This document shows, one piece after another, positions 10,346 through 19,938 of a DNA stretch of 64,000 nucleotides. A model generated the notes under the pieces. That model was not told where the DNA came from, did no database searches, and saw only the letters and a list, made by a program, of their open reading frames with translations. A program made the translations under genes and the position numbers. The stretch spans positions 12,577-76,576 of the forward strand of contig JBDROZ010000039.1 in the NCBI GenBank assembly GCA_043809585.1, read 5' to 3'. The stretch is from Candidatus Eiseniibacteriota bacterium. GTDB lineage: Bacteria; Orphanbacterota; Orphanbacteria; Orphanbacterales; Orphanbacteraceae. The stretch's first letter is position 1. The number at the start of each line of letters is the position of its first letter.

Positions 10346-10848
10346 CAGCGTTCCTTCATCCACTCGCCCAAGAGGGCGTCCACTTTCTCGGCCGTCAGGT
10401 CTTCGTAGTATTCGGCGTTCACCTGCATCATGGGGCCGGTCCCGCAGGAGGCGAGACACTCGACGGCGGAGAGGCGGAACCGGCCGTCCTCCGTCGCCTC
10501 GCCCGCGCGGATGCCGAGGCGCTTTTCGATGTGGGCGAGGATGCTCTCCGACCCCGAGAGGGCGCAGGAGAGGTTGTTGCACACCTGGATATGGCGGCCG
10601 ATCGGACGCTCGAGTTCGAACATGGTGTAGAAGGTGGCGAGGGAGTAGACGTGGGCGGGCGTGGTCCGGCAGGTCCCGGCCACGAGCTCCATCACCTCCG
10701 GCGAAATCCAGCCAAAATCGTACTGGGCCATCCAGAGGACCGGCAGGAGGAGCCCGTGGTCGGTCGGATACCGCTTCCGGAGCTCCTCGATCTCCTTCGT
10801 CCGGTCGGCGCTCCAGTGGAGTCTCTTCGTCGTCTTCCCGCCACTCAC
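10345..10848 (-). CDS. nuoE: NADH-quinone oxidoreductase subunit E (24 kDa, 2Fe-2S)
   Basis: The C-terminal 167 aa of the 578-aa track ORF match NuoE (…LLLPVLWMAQYDFGWISPEVMELVA…CLASCGTGPMMQVN…). There is no in-frame ATG. An in-frame GTG at 10848 ([12 protein letters not shown]…) follows a GGGGAG RBS and overlaps the nuoCD TGA. Confidence 0.8.
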   Translation of the reverse strand: MSGGKTTKRLHWSADRTKEIEELRKRYPTDHGLLLPVLWMAQYDFGWISPEVMELVAGTCRTTPAHVYSLATFYTMFELERPIGRHIQVCNNLSCALSGSESILAHIEKRLGIRAGEATEDGRFRLSAVECLASCGTGPMMQVNAEYYEDLTAEKVDALLGEWMKER

Positions 10849-12557
10849 CGGTCCAGCTCCCCCGCGATGATGTTGAGCGACCCGAGGACGGCGATGGCGT
10901 CCTGGATCAGGCCGTCTTGGACGAGCCTCGGATAGGCGGAGTACATGTAGAAGCAGGGGGGCCGGACTTTCACCTTGTACGGCTTCCCGGTCCCGTCGCT
11001 GACGACGAAGAAACCGAGTTCCCCGTTCGCCGCCTCCACCGATCCATAGCACGTGCCCGCCTCGGGCTTGATTCCCTCCATGATGATCATGAAGTGGTTC
11101 ATGAGGGCTTCGATGTTGCCGTGGACCTCTCTCTTCTCCGGGAGCGTGACCCGCTTGTCCTCCACGTTCACCGGCCCGCCCGGGATCCTCCTCCGGACCT
11201 GCTCGATGATGCGGAGCGACTGGACCATCTCCTCGAAGCGCACCCAGAGGCGATCGTAGGTGTCCCCCCGGCTCCCGACGATGACGTCCCAGTCGTACCG
11301 GTCGTAGCCGTAATACGGCTCGTCCCGGCGGAGGTCGTTCGGCACGCCCGTCGCCCGGAGGCAGGGACCGGTGAATCCGTAGGAGATCGCCTCCTCCGGC
11401 GTGATCTCGCCGACGCCGACCACCCGGTCGAGAAAGATCCGATTCCGCGCCACGAGACGCTCCACGTCCCGGAGCGCCTTCGGCAGCTCCCGGAGGATCT
11501 CCTCGAGGCCCGTGTCGAACCCTTCCTGGAGGTCGTGGGACGATCCGCCGATCCGGAAGTAGCAGTGGGTGAGGCGGGCGCCGCAAAGCGCCTCGACCAG
11601 GTTGTAGATGCGCTCCCGCTCGTTGAAGAGGTACCAGTAGTTGGTGAGCGCCCCCACGTCGACCAGGCAGGCCGCCAGGCAGACCAGGTGGTCCATGATC
11701 CGCCCGAGCTCGAGGATGATCACCCGGATCGCCTGCTGCCGCTCCGTGATCTCGAGGCCGAGCATCTTCTCGATGGTCCGGCAGTAGCCGACGTTGTTCA
11801 TCACCGAACTGCAGTAGTTCAGCCGGTCCGTGAAGGGAATCACCTGAGTGTAGGTCCCTTTCTCCGCCCCCTTCTCGAAGCCCCGGTGGAGGTAGCCGAT
11901 CTCGGGAACCGTGTTCCGGATCGTCTCCCCTTCGAGCTCGACGAGGGCCCGGAGGGCGCCGTGCATCGCCGGATGGGAGGGTCCCAGATTGAGGAGCACC
12001 GTCTCCCGGTCTGGATCGTCCTCCCGCCCCGCCCGGAGCGCTTCCATCTCGTCGATGAGGTCGTCCGGCTCCGAGAGCCACTGCTGCTTCTTGATATCGT
12101 AGTCCTTGCGGAGGGGGTGTCCGACGAAGTCCTTGTGATTCAGAATCCGCTTCAGATTCGGGTGGTTCCTGAACTTCACGCCGTACTGGTCGTAAACCTC
12201 CCGCTCCGCCCAGTTCGCCGAGCGCCAGAGATCGGAGACCGTGTCGAGGGCGAGGTCGTCGGGGGCGAAGCAGTGGACCCGCACGCGGACCCCTCCCCGG
12301 GCGGGCCGGAGCGTGTAGACCAGGTCGAATCGGGGGGACGATTCGGGGAGTTCGAGACGGTCCACGGCGGTGACGTCGAGGAGCATGTCGAACCCGTGCC
12401 CGTCCCGGAGAAGGCGGAGAACGCCGCGGAGATCCGCGGGCTCCACCCGGAACACGGAGTCGCCGAACGGATTCGACTCCTCCCGGGCCTTGTCGCCCAG
12501 TGCGCGCCGGACATTCACCAGCGTCGACCCGTCGGACACCCTACGCGCCCCCCTCAC
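10845..12557 (-). CDS. nuoCD: Fused NADH-quinone oxidoreductase subunits C/D (30 kDa + 49 kDa)
   Basis: Single 570-aa ORF. The N-terminal ~170 aa are NuoC-like (…[31 protein letters not shown]…). The remainder is NuoD-like (…[15 protein letters not shown]…[15 protein letters not shown]…HRGFEKG…). Confidence 0.85.
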   Translation of the reverse strand: MRGARRVSDGSTLVNVRRALGDKAREESNPFGDSVFRVEPADLRGVLRLLRDGHGFDMLLDVTAVDRLELPESSPRFDLVYTLRPARGGVRVRVHCFAPDDLALDTVSDLWRSANWAEREVYDQYGVKFRNHPNLKRILNHKDFVGHPLRKDYDIKKQQWLSEPDDLIDEMEALRAGREDDPDRETVLLNLGPSHPAMHGALRALVELEGETIRNTVPEIGYLHRGFEKGAEKGTYTQVIPFTDRLNYCSSVMNNVGYCRTIEKMLGLEITERQQAIRVIILELGRIMDHLVCLAACLVDVGALTNYWYLFNERERIYNLVEALCGARLTHCYFRIGGSSHDLQEGFDTGLEEILRELPKALRDVERLVARNRIFLDRVVGVGEITPEEAISYGFTGPCLRATGVPNDLRRDEPYYGYDRYDWDVIVGSRGDTYDRLWVRFEEMVQSLRIIEQVRRRIPGGPVNVEDKRVTLPEKREVHGNIEALMNHFMIIMEGIKPEAGTCYGSVEAANGELGFFVVSDGTGKPYKVKVRPPCFYMYSAYPRLVQDGLIQDAIAVLGSLNIIAGELDR

Positions 12558-13059
12558 GGATCGGAAACTGCCGCGATTTCGGCGGCTCCCCGCGGTCGAT
12601 CTTCTTCTGAAGCTCCGTCACCGCGAAGAGAACCGCCTCGGGCCGGGGCGGACATCCGGGAATGTAGAAATCGACGGGGACCACGTGATCGATCCCCTGG
12701 ACCGTGCAGTAATTGTCGTAGAAGGCGCCGGCGCTCGCGCACGCGCCCATGGCGATCACCCACTTCGGCTCGGCCATCTGGGCGTAGATCCGCCGGAGGA
12801 TGACCGCCTGCTTATGGGAGACCGTGCCCGCCACGATGAGGAGATCGGACTGGCGGGGGGAGAAGCGGACCACCTCGGCGCCGAAGCGGGAAAGGTCGAA
12901 GGGGCTCGCCACGACGGCCATGAACTCGATGGCGCAGCAGGCCGTCCCGAAAGGAAGGGGCCAGAGCGAGTTCTTCCGCCCCCATTCCAGCACCGCCTCG
13001 ATGCGTGTCGTGAACGCGCCGCGCCCGACGGTCTTCTCGACCTGATCGCTCAATCCCAT
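12541..13059 (-). CDS. nuoB: NADH-quinone oxidoreductase subunit B (20 kDa, 4Fe-4S N2)
   Basis: Internal ATG at 13059: [48 protein letters not shown]… with conserved CC, GACASAG and CPPRP motifs. Confidence 0.9.
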   Translation of the reverse strand: MGLSDQVEKTVGRGAFTTRIEAVLEWGRKNSLWPLPFGTACCAIEFMAVVASPFDLSRFGAEVVRFSPRQSDLLIVAGTVSHKQAVILRRIYAQMAEPKWVIAMGACASAGAFYDNYCTVQGIDHVVPVDFYIPGCPPRPEAVLFAVTELQKKIDRGEPPKSRQFPIREGGA

Positions 13060-13403
13060 TCCAGAGCACCCCGTTTCCACACGTAGATCAGGCCGGCGAC
13101 GAGCATGAGGAGGAAGATCCCCATCTCCACGAGGCCGAAGAGACCGAGGCGGCGGTAGACGACGGCCCACGGATAGAGGAAGACCGCCTCCACGTCGAAG
13201 AGGAGGAAGAGCACGGCCACCAGGTAGTACTTGATCGGAACCGGATGGCGCGGCGGGTTCGGCTGGGGGATCCCGCATTCGTACGGGTCGCCTTTCGCCC
13301 GCTCCTTCGTCTTCGGTCCGAGGACCTGGGAGAGGAGGAGGAGCGCCGCGGGTAGGGCGACGGCCAGGAGGATAATGGCCAGGAAGGGAGTGTACATGCC
13401 CAT
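13050..13403 (-). CDS. nuoA: NADH-quinone oxidoreductase subunit A
   Basis: Internal ATG at 13403: [24 protein letters not shown]… (117 aa, 3 TM, DPYECG motif). The upstream part of the 208-aa track ORF is noise. Confidence 0.85.
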   Translation of the reverse strand: MGMYTPFLAIILLAVALPAALLLLSQVLGPKTKERAKGDPYECGIPQPNPPRHPVPIKYYLVAVLFLLFDVEAVFLYPWAVVYRRLGLFGLVEMGIFLLMLVAGLIYVWKRGALEWD

Positions 13404-13600
13404 CCGCGTATCCACACACCGATTGAAAGGTCCGGCCCGAGCCCGGGCGGGAATCTCCCCCCGGGCCGTCGCTCGTGCCGCCGTGCCAGTCCTCCCGCCG
13501 CCATGCGCGCACCGAGATTGCGGCGGGAGAGGGTCGACCCGATGCCGGACCCCGGGGTGGCGCCGGCGCGGAACTCCGGATGAACCCGTCAACTCGTAGA

Positions 13601-13630
13601 AATATAGAGAGTAGGTCGCGCGGGGGTCAA
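13601..13630 (-). promoter_or_regulatory. Candidate sigma70-type promoter for the nuo operon (minus strand: TTGACC-18 nt-TATATT)
   Basis: The reverse complement of 13601-13630 reads TTGACCcccgcgcgacctactctcTATATT. It lies in the only AT-rich patch upstream of nuoA, about 190 nt from the nuoA ATG. Confidence 0.35.
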
Positions 13631-13694
13631 GGGGAAAGCCCGCGAGGGGGCCCCGCGGTTCCCGGGGAGGTGACATCGACGCCCGTGCCCGGAC

Positions 13695-13731
13695 GAAAGG
13701 AAAACCGGCCCGGGGACGGGCCCCGGGCCGG
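13695..13731 (-). terminator. Rho-independent terminator-like hairpin (11-bp GC stem CCGGCCCGGGG/CCCCGGGCCGG) followed by TTTTCCTTTC on the minus strand
   Basis: A perfect inverted repeat at 13705-13731 with an adjacent A4 run on the plus strand (T-run on minus). It sits about 65 nt downstream of the stop of the 13797..13988 ORF. Confidence 0.5.
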
Positions 13732-13796
13732 TGGTGCTCCGGGAAGAGCGGGCGTCGTTCCCCCGGAGCCTGCTCGGCGTTATTCGCGCCGCGCCG

Positions 13797-13988
13797 TCAG
13801 CGCCAGCGGTGCTGGCGCCGGCCGCCGAGATTCTCGATCCCGGCGATCTTCTTGCAGCAGATGTCGGCGTGCTCCGCCGCCCCGTACCGCATGCCGCAGA
13901 CGATGCAGGCGAAATGGCCGTTCGGCACCGAACGTTCCTCGATCTTCGAGGGAACGACGGCTTCCTCGCGGAGAATCTTCGAATTCAT
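13797..13988 (-). CDS. Small Cys-rich (zinc-ribbon-like) hypothetical protein, 63 aa
   Basis: MNSKILREEAVVPSKIEERSVPNGHFACIVCGMRYGAAEHADICCKK… has a CxxC…CC arrangement. GAGG precedes the ATG. A strong terminator lies downstream. No family recognised. Confidence 0.45.
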   Translation of the reverse strand: MNSKILREEAVVPSKIEERSVPNGHFACIVCGMRYGAAEHADICCKKIAGIENLGGRRQHRWR

Positions 13989-14138
13989 GACCTCACGACC
14001 TCGAAGCGCAGGGGAGTGGTTTTCCGGGGGCGAAGGCTGACTGGCCGCTGTCGGAGCCGGTTGCCGTCACGATCCGCCCCTCACCTCGGAACCGGCCCCA
14101 CCCTAGTCGATGGACTATACCACAATTCGCCCGGGATT

Positions 14139-15446
14139 TCAAACCCCCGACGGGGATCCGGGGCGGGAGATCAGGGTGTGGGTGGTCGCCTCGGTGACCC
14201 GCACCCGGAGGAGGTCGCGGGGGGAGGAATCTCCCGCGGGGAAGACGACGCCGGTCCCCTGGGGCGTTCTGCCGAACCCCTCGGCCGGCGTCTTCTTGCT
14301 CCGCCCCTCGACGAGGACCTCCACTTCGGAACCGACGAGGCCGCCGAGGATCTCCCGGGAGACCTCCCGCTCCGCCCGGACGAGAAGGCCGACCCGCTCG
14401 CTCTTCGTCTCGGCGGGCACGTCGTCGGGGAAGCGGCGGCTCGCCGCGGTGTTCTTCCTCTCCGAATAGGGGAAGGTGAATGCCGAATGGAAGCGGATCT
14501 CCTTCATCGCCGCGACCGTCCGCTCGAAGTCCTCTACCGTCTCGCCCGGAAAGCCGGCGATGAGGTCCGTGGTGAGGGCGACGCCGGGCACCGTCTTCCG
14601 GATCCGTTCGACGAGACGCAGGAACTCGGCCCGCGTGTAGTTCCGGTCCATTCGCTCGAGCACCCGGTCGCTTCCCGACTGCAGAGGAAGATGAACGTGG
14701 GGCATGGCGGTCGGCTCCTCGGCGAGGACCCGGAGGAGGGCGTCGGGAAAGTCCTTCGGGTGGGGGGACGTGAAACGGACCCGCTCGATCCCGTCCACGC
14801 GGCAGACCTCCCGCATGAGTTCGGCGAAACCCGCTTCGCCGTGGCGGTAGGAATTCACGTTCTGCCCGAGGAGCGTCACCTGGCGGAATCCTTCTTCGGC
14901 GAGGGCCCGGGTTTCGGCGACCACCGCCTCCACGGCCCGGCTCCTCTCCCGCCCCCGGGTGAAGGGAACGACGCAGAAGGTGCAGAAATTGTCGCAGCCC
15001 CGCATCACCGTGACCCACGCGTTCACGCCGCTCGGCCGGAGGTGGGGGATGTCGGTGTACGTTTCCGTCCGGGAGAGCGTCGTCGCTTGACGGCTCCCGC
15101 TTCCCTCCCGGAGGAGCCCGGGGAGAGAGCGGTAGGCGTCGGGTCCGACGATGAAATCGACGGCGTCCGAGTGCTCGAGCAGGTCCTTCTTGAGGCTTTG
15201 GGCGAGGCAGCCGAGGACGCCGATGCGGAGGCCCTTCGCTTTCCTCTTCCGCGCCCGAAGCTCCCGGAGTCGGCGGTAGATCCGCTCCTCCGCATGCTCC
15301 CGGACGGCGCACGTGTTGAGGAGGATGGCGTCCGCCCCGTCGGGGCCCTCCGCCATCTCCATCCCCTCCCGCGTGAGGAGGCCGCCGACGAGCTCCGAAT
15401 CGGAGAAGTTCATTTGGCAGCCGTAGGTCTCGAGATAGACCTTCAC
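14139..15446 (-). CDS. miaB: tRNA-2-methylthio-N6-dimethylallyladenosine synthase (radical SAM methylthiotransferase)
   Basis: Has the MTTase N-domain, a radical-SAM CDNFCTFC motif and a TRAM domain. The likely start is GTG 15446 (GGAGGTGGTGTC GTG AAG GTC TAT…), which overlaps the mtaB TGA (GTGA). The track ORF extends 45 codons further into mtaB. Confidence 0.85.
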   Translation of the reverse strand: MKVYLETYGCQMNFSDSELVGGLLTREGMEMAEGPDGADAILLNTCAVREHAEERIYRRLRELRARKRKAKGLRIGVLGCLAQSLKKDLLEHSDAVDFIVGPDAYRSLPGLLREGSGSRQATTLSRTETYTDIPHLRPSGVNAWVTVMRGCDNFCTFCVVPFTRGRERSRAVEAVVAETRALAEEGFRQVTLLGQNVNSYRHGEAGFAELMREVCRVDGIERVRFTSPHPKDFPDALLRVLAEEPTAMPHVHLPLQSGSDRVLERMDRNYTRAEFLRLVERIRKTVPGVALTTDLIAGFPGETVEDFERTVAAMKEIRFHSAFTFPYSERKNTAASRRFPDDVPAETKSERVGLLVRAEREVSREILGGLVGSEVEVLVEGRSKKTPAEGFGRTPQGTGVVFPAGDSSPRDLLRVRVTEATTHTLISRPGSPSGV

Positions 15447-16738
15447 GACACCACCTCCGAGAGGCGCCCCCGCGCCTCCTCCGCCTCCGCCCTTTCGATC
15501 TCCACGAGGCCGATCCGATTCTCGAGATCCTCGTCCGCCCGGACCGAGACCTTCAGGTAGTTCGGGGCGTGGCCGGTCCACCGCCCCCCGCGGTCCCGGG
15601 CCTCGAAGAGAACCTCCACGGTCCGCCCCACGTGCCTCTCGTGGAAGATCCGCTTCTTCTCCGCGCCGAGGCGCCGCGCGGCCTCGCTCCTCTCCTTCGC
15701 GAGGTCGGGCCGCACCTTGTCCGGGATGCGGGCCGATCGCGTGCGAGGGTGCTCGGAGTAGACGAAGACATGAAAATGATAGAAGGGGAGCGACTCGAGG
15801 AGGTCGTAGGTCCGCCGGAAGGAGGCGTCGTCTTCACCGGGAAAACCGACGAGCACGTCCGTGCCGATTCCGATATTCGGCACCTTCTCCGTGAACCGCT
15901 CGAAGAGCAGGGCGTAGCCGGCGGCGGTGTACGGCCGCCCCATCGCTTCCAGAATCCGGTCGTCTCCGCTCTGCAGGCAGAGATGGACGTAAGGGCAGAG
16001 CGTCTCCGACTCCGCCATCCGATCGACGAGGCGGTCCCCCACGGTCATCGGCTCGATGGAGCTGATCCGCACGCGGTCGATTCCCGGCACCCCCTCGATC
16101 CGCTCCACGAGCCCCGTGAAGTCGACGCCCCCCTCTTCGTAGGTGCCGATGTTGACGCCGGAGAGGACGATCTCCCGGTGGCCCCTCCCGGCAAGCTCCC
16201 GCGCCTCCCGGAGAGAGTCGCCGAGCGCCCGGCTCCGGGCTCGGCCCCGGGTGAAGGGGATGACGCAGAAGGTGCAGAAGACGTCGCAGCCGTCCTGGAT
16301 CTTGAGGTTCGCCCGGGTCTCGCGGAAGCGCCCCGTCTCGGCGATGGTGAAGACCTCCCGGCCGATGGGGCCCCGGAGAACGGTCCCCTCCCCCCCCGCC
16401 GGAAGATCTTCCACCAAATCGGGGACCCGGTGCTTGTTCGCCGTGCCGACCACGAGGTCCACCCCGTCGATCTCCCGGATTCGCTCCGCCTCCAACTCGG
16501 CGTAGCAGCCGGTGACGACGACCCGCGCCTCGGGAGAACGCCTCTTCAAGAAGCGGATCAGGCGGCGGCATTTGGCCTCGCTGCCGCGGGTGACGGAGCA
16601 GGTGTTGACGACGTAGAGGTCCGCCCCCTCGTCCTCCGGGACGAGATCATAACCCCTCCGGCGGAGGCCGTCGGCGAGTTGGGCGCTCTCCGCCTGGTTC
16701 AGGCGGCATCCGAGAGTGTGGACAGAGGCACGCCGCAA
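15443..16738 (-). CDS. mtaB: tRNA threonylcarbamoyladenosine methylthiotransferase MtaB-like (radical SAM MTTase)
   Basis: 431 aa. MRRASVHTLGCRLNQAES…, CDVFCTFCVIPFTRG. A second MTTase paralog in tandem with miaB. Confidence 0.8.
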   Translation of the reverse strand: MRRASVHTLGCRLNQAESAQLADGLRRRGYDLVPEDEGADLYVVNTCSVTRGSEAKCRRLIRFLKRRSPEARVVVTGCYAELEAERIREIDGVDLVVGTANKHRVPDLVEDLPAGGEGTVLRGPIGREVFTIAETGRFRETRANLKIQDGCDVFCTFCVIPFTRGRARSRALGDSLREARELAGRGHREIVLSGVNIGTYEEGGVDFTGLVERIEGVPGIDRVRISSIEPMTVGDRLVDRMAESETLCPYVHLCLQSGDDRILEAMGRPYTAAGYALLFERFTEKVPNIGIGTDVLVGFPGEDDASFRRTYDLLESLPFYHFHVFVYSEHPRTRSARIPDKVRPDLAKERSEAARRLGAEKKRIFHERHVGRTVEVLFEARDRGGRWTGHAPNYLKVSVRADEDLENRIGLVEIERAEAEEARGRLSEVVS

Positions 16739-16787
16739 TCTGATCTTCCTCGGCCCGGAACCTCCGGGCCCGCTACCGGGGAACGCC

Positions 16788-16988
16788 TCAGAGCCCGCCG
16801 GAGCCGCAGGCGGGCGTGTTCCCGCAAGGGAGGGACGATCCTCCGCCGCCGCTCCCGACCCCGAAGCTCGAGAACTGTTTCTCCGCGGAATGGCCCCCGC
16901 ATTCGGGGCAGGTCGGCTTCTCTTCTCCGTAGATCAGCTCCGAAAAGGCGCGGTCGCACTTCCTGCAACGATATTCGTAGATCGGCAC
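16788..16988 (-). CDS. FmdB-family zinc-ribbon protein
   Basis: MPIYEYRCRKCDRAFSELIYGEEKPTCPECGG… is the classic FmdB CxxC…CxxC N-terminus, with a Gly/Ser-rich tail. Confidence 0.75.
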   Translation of the reverse strand: MPIYEYRCRKCDRAFSELIYGEEKPTCPECGGHSAEKQFSSFGVGSGGGGSSLPCGNTPACGSGGL

Positions 16989-17100
16989 GGTACGATCCCC
17001 CTTCCGAGCCGCCGGGTTCCCGGGAACTCACGTCGAGAATCCGGGACGACCGCCCCGGAGATCATCATGGTACGCCGCGGGCGCCGGGGCCGCAACGCCG

Positions 17101-18183
17101 CTATGCGTGGGCCAGCATGCGGTCCAGGGCGACCCTCGCGGGCCGGGCGATCTCGGGGGGCACGGTGATCCGGTTGACGACGCGCCCCTCCAGGAGCCCT
17201 TCGAGCACGTGGAGGAGATGGCGGGGACTGATCCGGAACATGGTCGCGCACTGGCACGCGAAAGGCGAGAGGCTCATCACCTCCCGGTCCGGATTCTGCG
17301 CCGCGAGACGCCCGACCAGGTGATGCTCGGTGCCGACCGCCCAGCGGCTCCCGGGCCCCCCCTCCCGCACGGCGCGGATGATCTGCTCCGTGGAGCCGAC
17401 CATGTCCGCCTTCGACACGACCTCGGCGGTGCATTCGGGGTGAACGATGACCCGGATCCCCGGGAAGCGCTTTCGCATGACGTCCGCGTGCTCCGGGAGG
17501 AAGTGCATGTGGACGCTGCAGTGCCCCTTCCAGAGGATGATCCGTGCCCGGTCCAGGACGGCGCCGTCCAAACCGCCGAGAGGGAGGTTCGGATCCCAGA
17601 GGGCCATCTCGTCGTCGCCGATGCCGAAGCGGTGGGCCGTGTTCCGGCCGAGGTGCTCGTCCGGGATGAAGAGGATCCGCTCCCCCCGCTCGAAAGCCCA
17701 CCGGTAGACGGACATGGCGTTCGACGACGTGCAGACGATTCCGTCCCGGTCGCCGCAAAAGGCCTTGATGGCCGCCGTCGAGTTCATGTAGGTCACGGGG
17801 ACGACCTTGCCCCCGCCCCGGGAGTCGATCTCGTCCCAGCAATCCATGACCTGGTCCACGTCCGCCATGTCCGCCATGGAGCAACCGGCCCTCATGTCGG
17901 GGAGGGAAACCGCCTGTTCGTCGGACGTGAGAATGTCGGCGCTCTCCGCCATGAAGTGGACACCGCAAAAAACGATGTACGGCTTGTCCGCCTCGTTCGC
18001 CGCGTCCCGGGCGAGCTTGAACGAGTCCCCCGTGAAGTCGGCGAATCGGATCACCTCGTCCCGCTGGTAGTGATGGCCGAGAATGAGGACCTTGCCCTCG
18101 AGTTGCTTCTTCGCTTCGCCGATCCGTTCCACGGCGTCTTCGAGAGACACTGCCTGGAGCACCCGGTCTCCCCACTCGTTCAT
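17101..18183 (-). CDS. nadA: Quinolinate synthase A
   Basis: Internal ATG 18183 gives MNEWGDRVLQAVSLEDAVERIGEAKKQLEGKVLILGHHYQRDEVI…, NadA-like throughout. The upstream 84 codons of the track ORF are noise. Confidence 0.85.
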   Translation of the reverse strand: MNEWGDRVLQAVSLEDAVERIGEAKKQLEGKVLILGHHYQRDEVIRFADFTGDSFKLARDAANEADKPYIVFCGVHFMAESADILTSDEQAVSLPDMRAGCSMADMADVDQVMDCWDEIDSRGGGKVVPVTYMNSTAAIKAFCGDRDGIVCTSSNAMSVYRWAFERGERILFIPDEHLGRNTAHRFGIGDDEMALWDPNLPLGGLDGAVLDRARIILWKGHCSVHMHFLPEHADVMRKRFPGIRVIVHPECTAEVVSKADMVGSTEQIIRAVREGGPGSRWAVGTEHHLVGRLAAQNPDREVMSLSPFACQCATMFRISPRHLLHVLEGLLEGRVVNRITVPPEIARPARVALDRMLAHA

Positions 18184-18212
18184 GTCCGCCGCCTGTCCGC
18201 CTTCCTCTCCGC

Positions 18213-18545
18213 TCAGGCGGAGAAGGACTGCCCGCATCCGCAGGTGCCGCCCGCGTTCGGGTTGACGAAGCGCCAGCCCGAGCCGTCGAGCCCATCGTAC
18301 CAGTCCAGGGTCATGCCGCCGAGGAACATGGCGCTCTTCGGGTCGACGAGCACTTCGAGGCCGCCGAAGCGGAGCACCTCGTCCTTTTCTCTCGGACCGG
18401 TCTCGAAGGTGAGGGTGTACGAGAAACCCGAACACCCGCCGCCCGCGACGCCGAGGCGGAGCTTCAGCCCCTCCCGCCCGTCCCGCTCCATGAGCTTTCT
18501 CACCTGAGCGGCGGCGTCATCGGTCAGAACCAACATGGCATTCAA
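18213..18545 (-). CDS. erpA: Iron-sulfur cluster insertion protein (IscA/ErpA, HesB family)
   Basis: 110 aa. …RLGVAGGGCSGFSYTLTFE…GGTCGCGQSF C-terminal motif. GGAAGGAG RBS. Confidence 0.8.
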   Translation of the reverse strand: MNAMLVLTDDAAAQVRKLMERDGREGLKLRLGVAGGGCSGFSYTLTFETGPREKDEVLRFGGLEVLVDPKSAMFLGGMTLDWYDGLDGSGWRFVNPNAGGTCGCGQSFSA

Positions 18546-18656
18546 CTCCTTCCCCCCGCGGGAGTCCTCCCCCTTCGGGGCGTCGGGCCACCCGGGAAGA
18601 ACGACGGCTTTCCTTCCATCAATATAATGTGCGGCGCGAAAAAGGGGGAGTCCGTC

Positions 18657-19847
18657 TCAGGGCCCTCCGTCCTCCCCGGGACGCCCGTAGAGGGGCGAGC
18701 GGAGGCGGAGGCGGCGAACCGAGGCGATCACCTTCTCCGCGGCGTAATCGATCTCCTCTTCCGTGGTGAAGCGTCCGAGCCCGAAGCGGACCGTGCACTG
18801 GGCCTTTTCCACGCCGAGACCGATCGCGAGGAGAACCGGCGAGGGCTGAAAACTGCCGGTGGAACAGGCGGAGGCGGGGGAGATCGCCACGTCTTCCATG
18901 TCCATCAGGAGCGCCTCCCCTTCGACGCAGGCGAACGTGAGCGAAAGGCCGCCCGGGAGAGAGTGGTCCGGATCGCCGTTCCGCGTCACTCCGTCGAGAC
19001 CGCCCGTGATCTTCCCGAGCAGCCGGTCCCGGAGGCGGCCGAGCCGCTTCGACTCCTCCTCCATGAGACCGCCGGCGAGATCGGCCGCGGCGCCGAGCCC
19101 GACGATGCCGGGCACATTCAGCGTTCCCGATCGCATCCTCCGCTCGTGTCCGCCGCCGTGGAGCTGTTCGGCGAGGCGGACGTGGGGATCCCGGCGCCGC
19201 ACGAAGAGGGCGCCCACCCCCTTCGGTCCGTGGAATTTGTGGCCCGAAATCGAGAGGAGATCGATGCCGAGGTCGTCGACCCGGAGGGGGATCTTTCCGT
19301 ACCCCTGCGCGGCGTCGGTGTGAAAGAGAACGCCCCGGCCTCTCGTGACGGCGCCGATCTCGGCGAGAGGGGCGATCGTTCCGATCTCGTTGTTCGCCGC
19401 CATCACCGTGACGAGCACCGTGTTCTCCCGGATCTTCTCACGGACCGCCCCGGGATCGATTCTCCCCTTCCCGTCCACGGAGAGATAGGTCACCTCCGCC
19501 CCCCTTCCCTCCGCCCACGCGAGGGGATCGAGCACGGCGGCGTGCTCGGTGACCGAGGAGATCACGTGGCTCCTCTCGTAGCCCCGTTCCTCGAGTACGC
19601 CCTTGATCGCGAGGTTGTTCGACTCCGTGGCGCCGCTGGTGAAGACGATCTCCTTCGGACGGCATCCGAGGAGGGCCGCGACCCGTTCCCGGGCCCGGTT
19701 CACGGCGTCTTCCGCCTCCCATCCGTACCGGTGGCTCCGGCTCGCCGGGTTGCCGAACCGCTCCGTGAACCAGGGGGTCATCGCCTCCACGACGCGGGGG
19801 TCGCAGGGGGTGGTGGCGTGGTGGTCGAGGTAGACGGGCAGTCTCAT
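18657..19847 (-). CDS. iscS: Cysteine desulfurase (IscS/NifS family, PLP-dependent)
   Basis: 396 aa. …SISGHKFHGPKGVGALFVRR… (PLP Lys) and the active-site region …SACSTGS…. Confidence 0.9.
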   Translation of the reverse strand: MRLPVYLDHHATTPCDPRVVEAMTPWFTERFGNPASRSHRYGWEAEDAVNRARERVAALLGCRPKEIVFTSGATESNNLAIKGVLEERGYERSHVISSVTEHAAVLDPLAWAEGRGAEVTYLSVDGKGRIDPGAVREKIRENTVLVTVMAANNEIGTIAPLAEIGAVTRGRGVLFHTDAAQGYGKIPLRVDDLGIDLLSISGHKFHGPKGVGALFVRRRDPHVRLAEQLHGGGHERRMRSGTLNVPGIVGLGAAADLAGGLMEEESKRLGRLRDRLLGKITGGLDGVTRNGDPDHSLPGGLSLTFACVEGEALLMDMEDVAISPASACSTGSFQPSPVLLAIGLGVEKAQCTVRFGLGRFTTEEEIDYAAEKVIASVRRLRLRSPLYGRPGEDGGP

Positions 19848-19888
19848 CTCGTGCGGGTCCCTTCTGGAGGGCGGGGGAGGAAGGGGAT

Positions 19889-19918
19889 CTTCGGTGTGTG
19901 GATGGTAATTCGCGCCGT
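19889..19918 (-). promoter_or_regulatory. Candidate sigma70-type promoter upstream of iscS (minus strand TTGACA-17/18-TACCAT)
   Basis: The reverse complement of 19889-19918 reads TTGACAgggggaacggcgcgaatTACCAT, 40-70 nt upstream of the iscS ATG. Confidence 0.35.
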
Positions 19919-19938
19919 TCCCCCTGTCAAGGGAGGGC

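Noticed and set aside
7594-16571. Numerous alternative-frame ORFs (for example 7594..8943, 12176..12514, 13993..15312, 15834..16571) with Arg/Gly/Pro-rich translations
   Set aside because: Overlapped in full by conserved genes in another frame. No start-site support or motifs.
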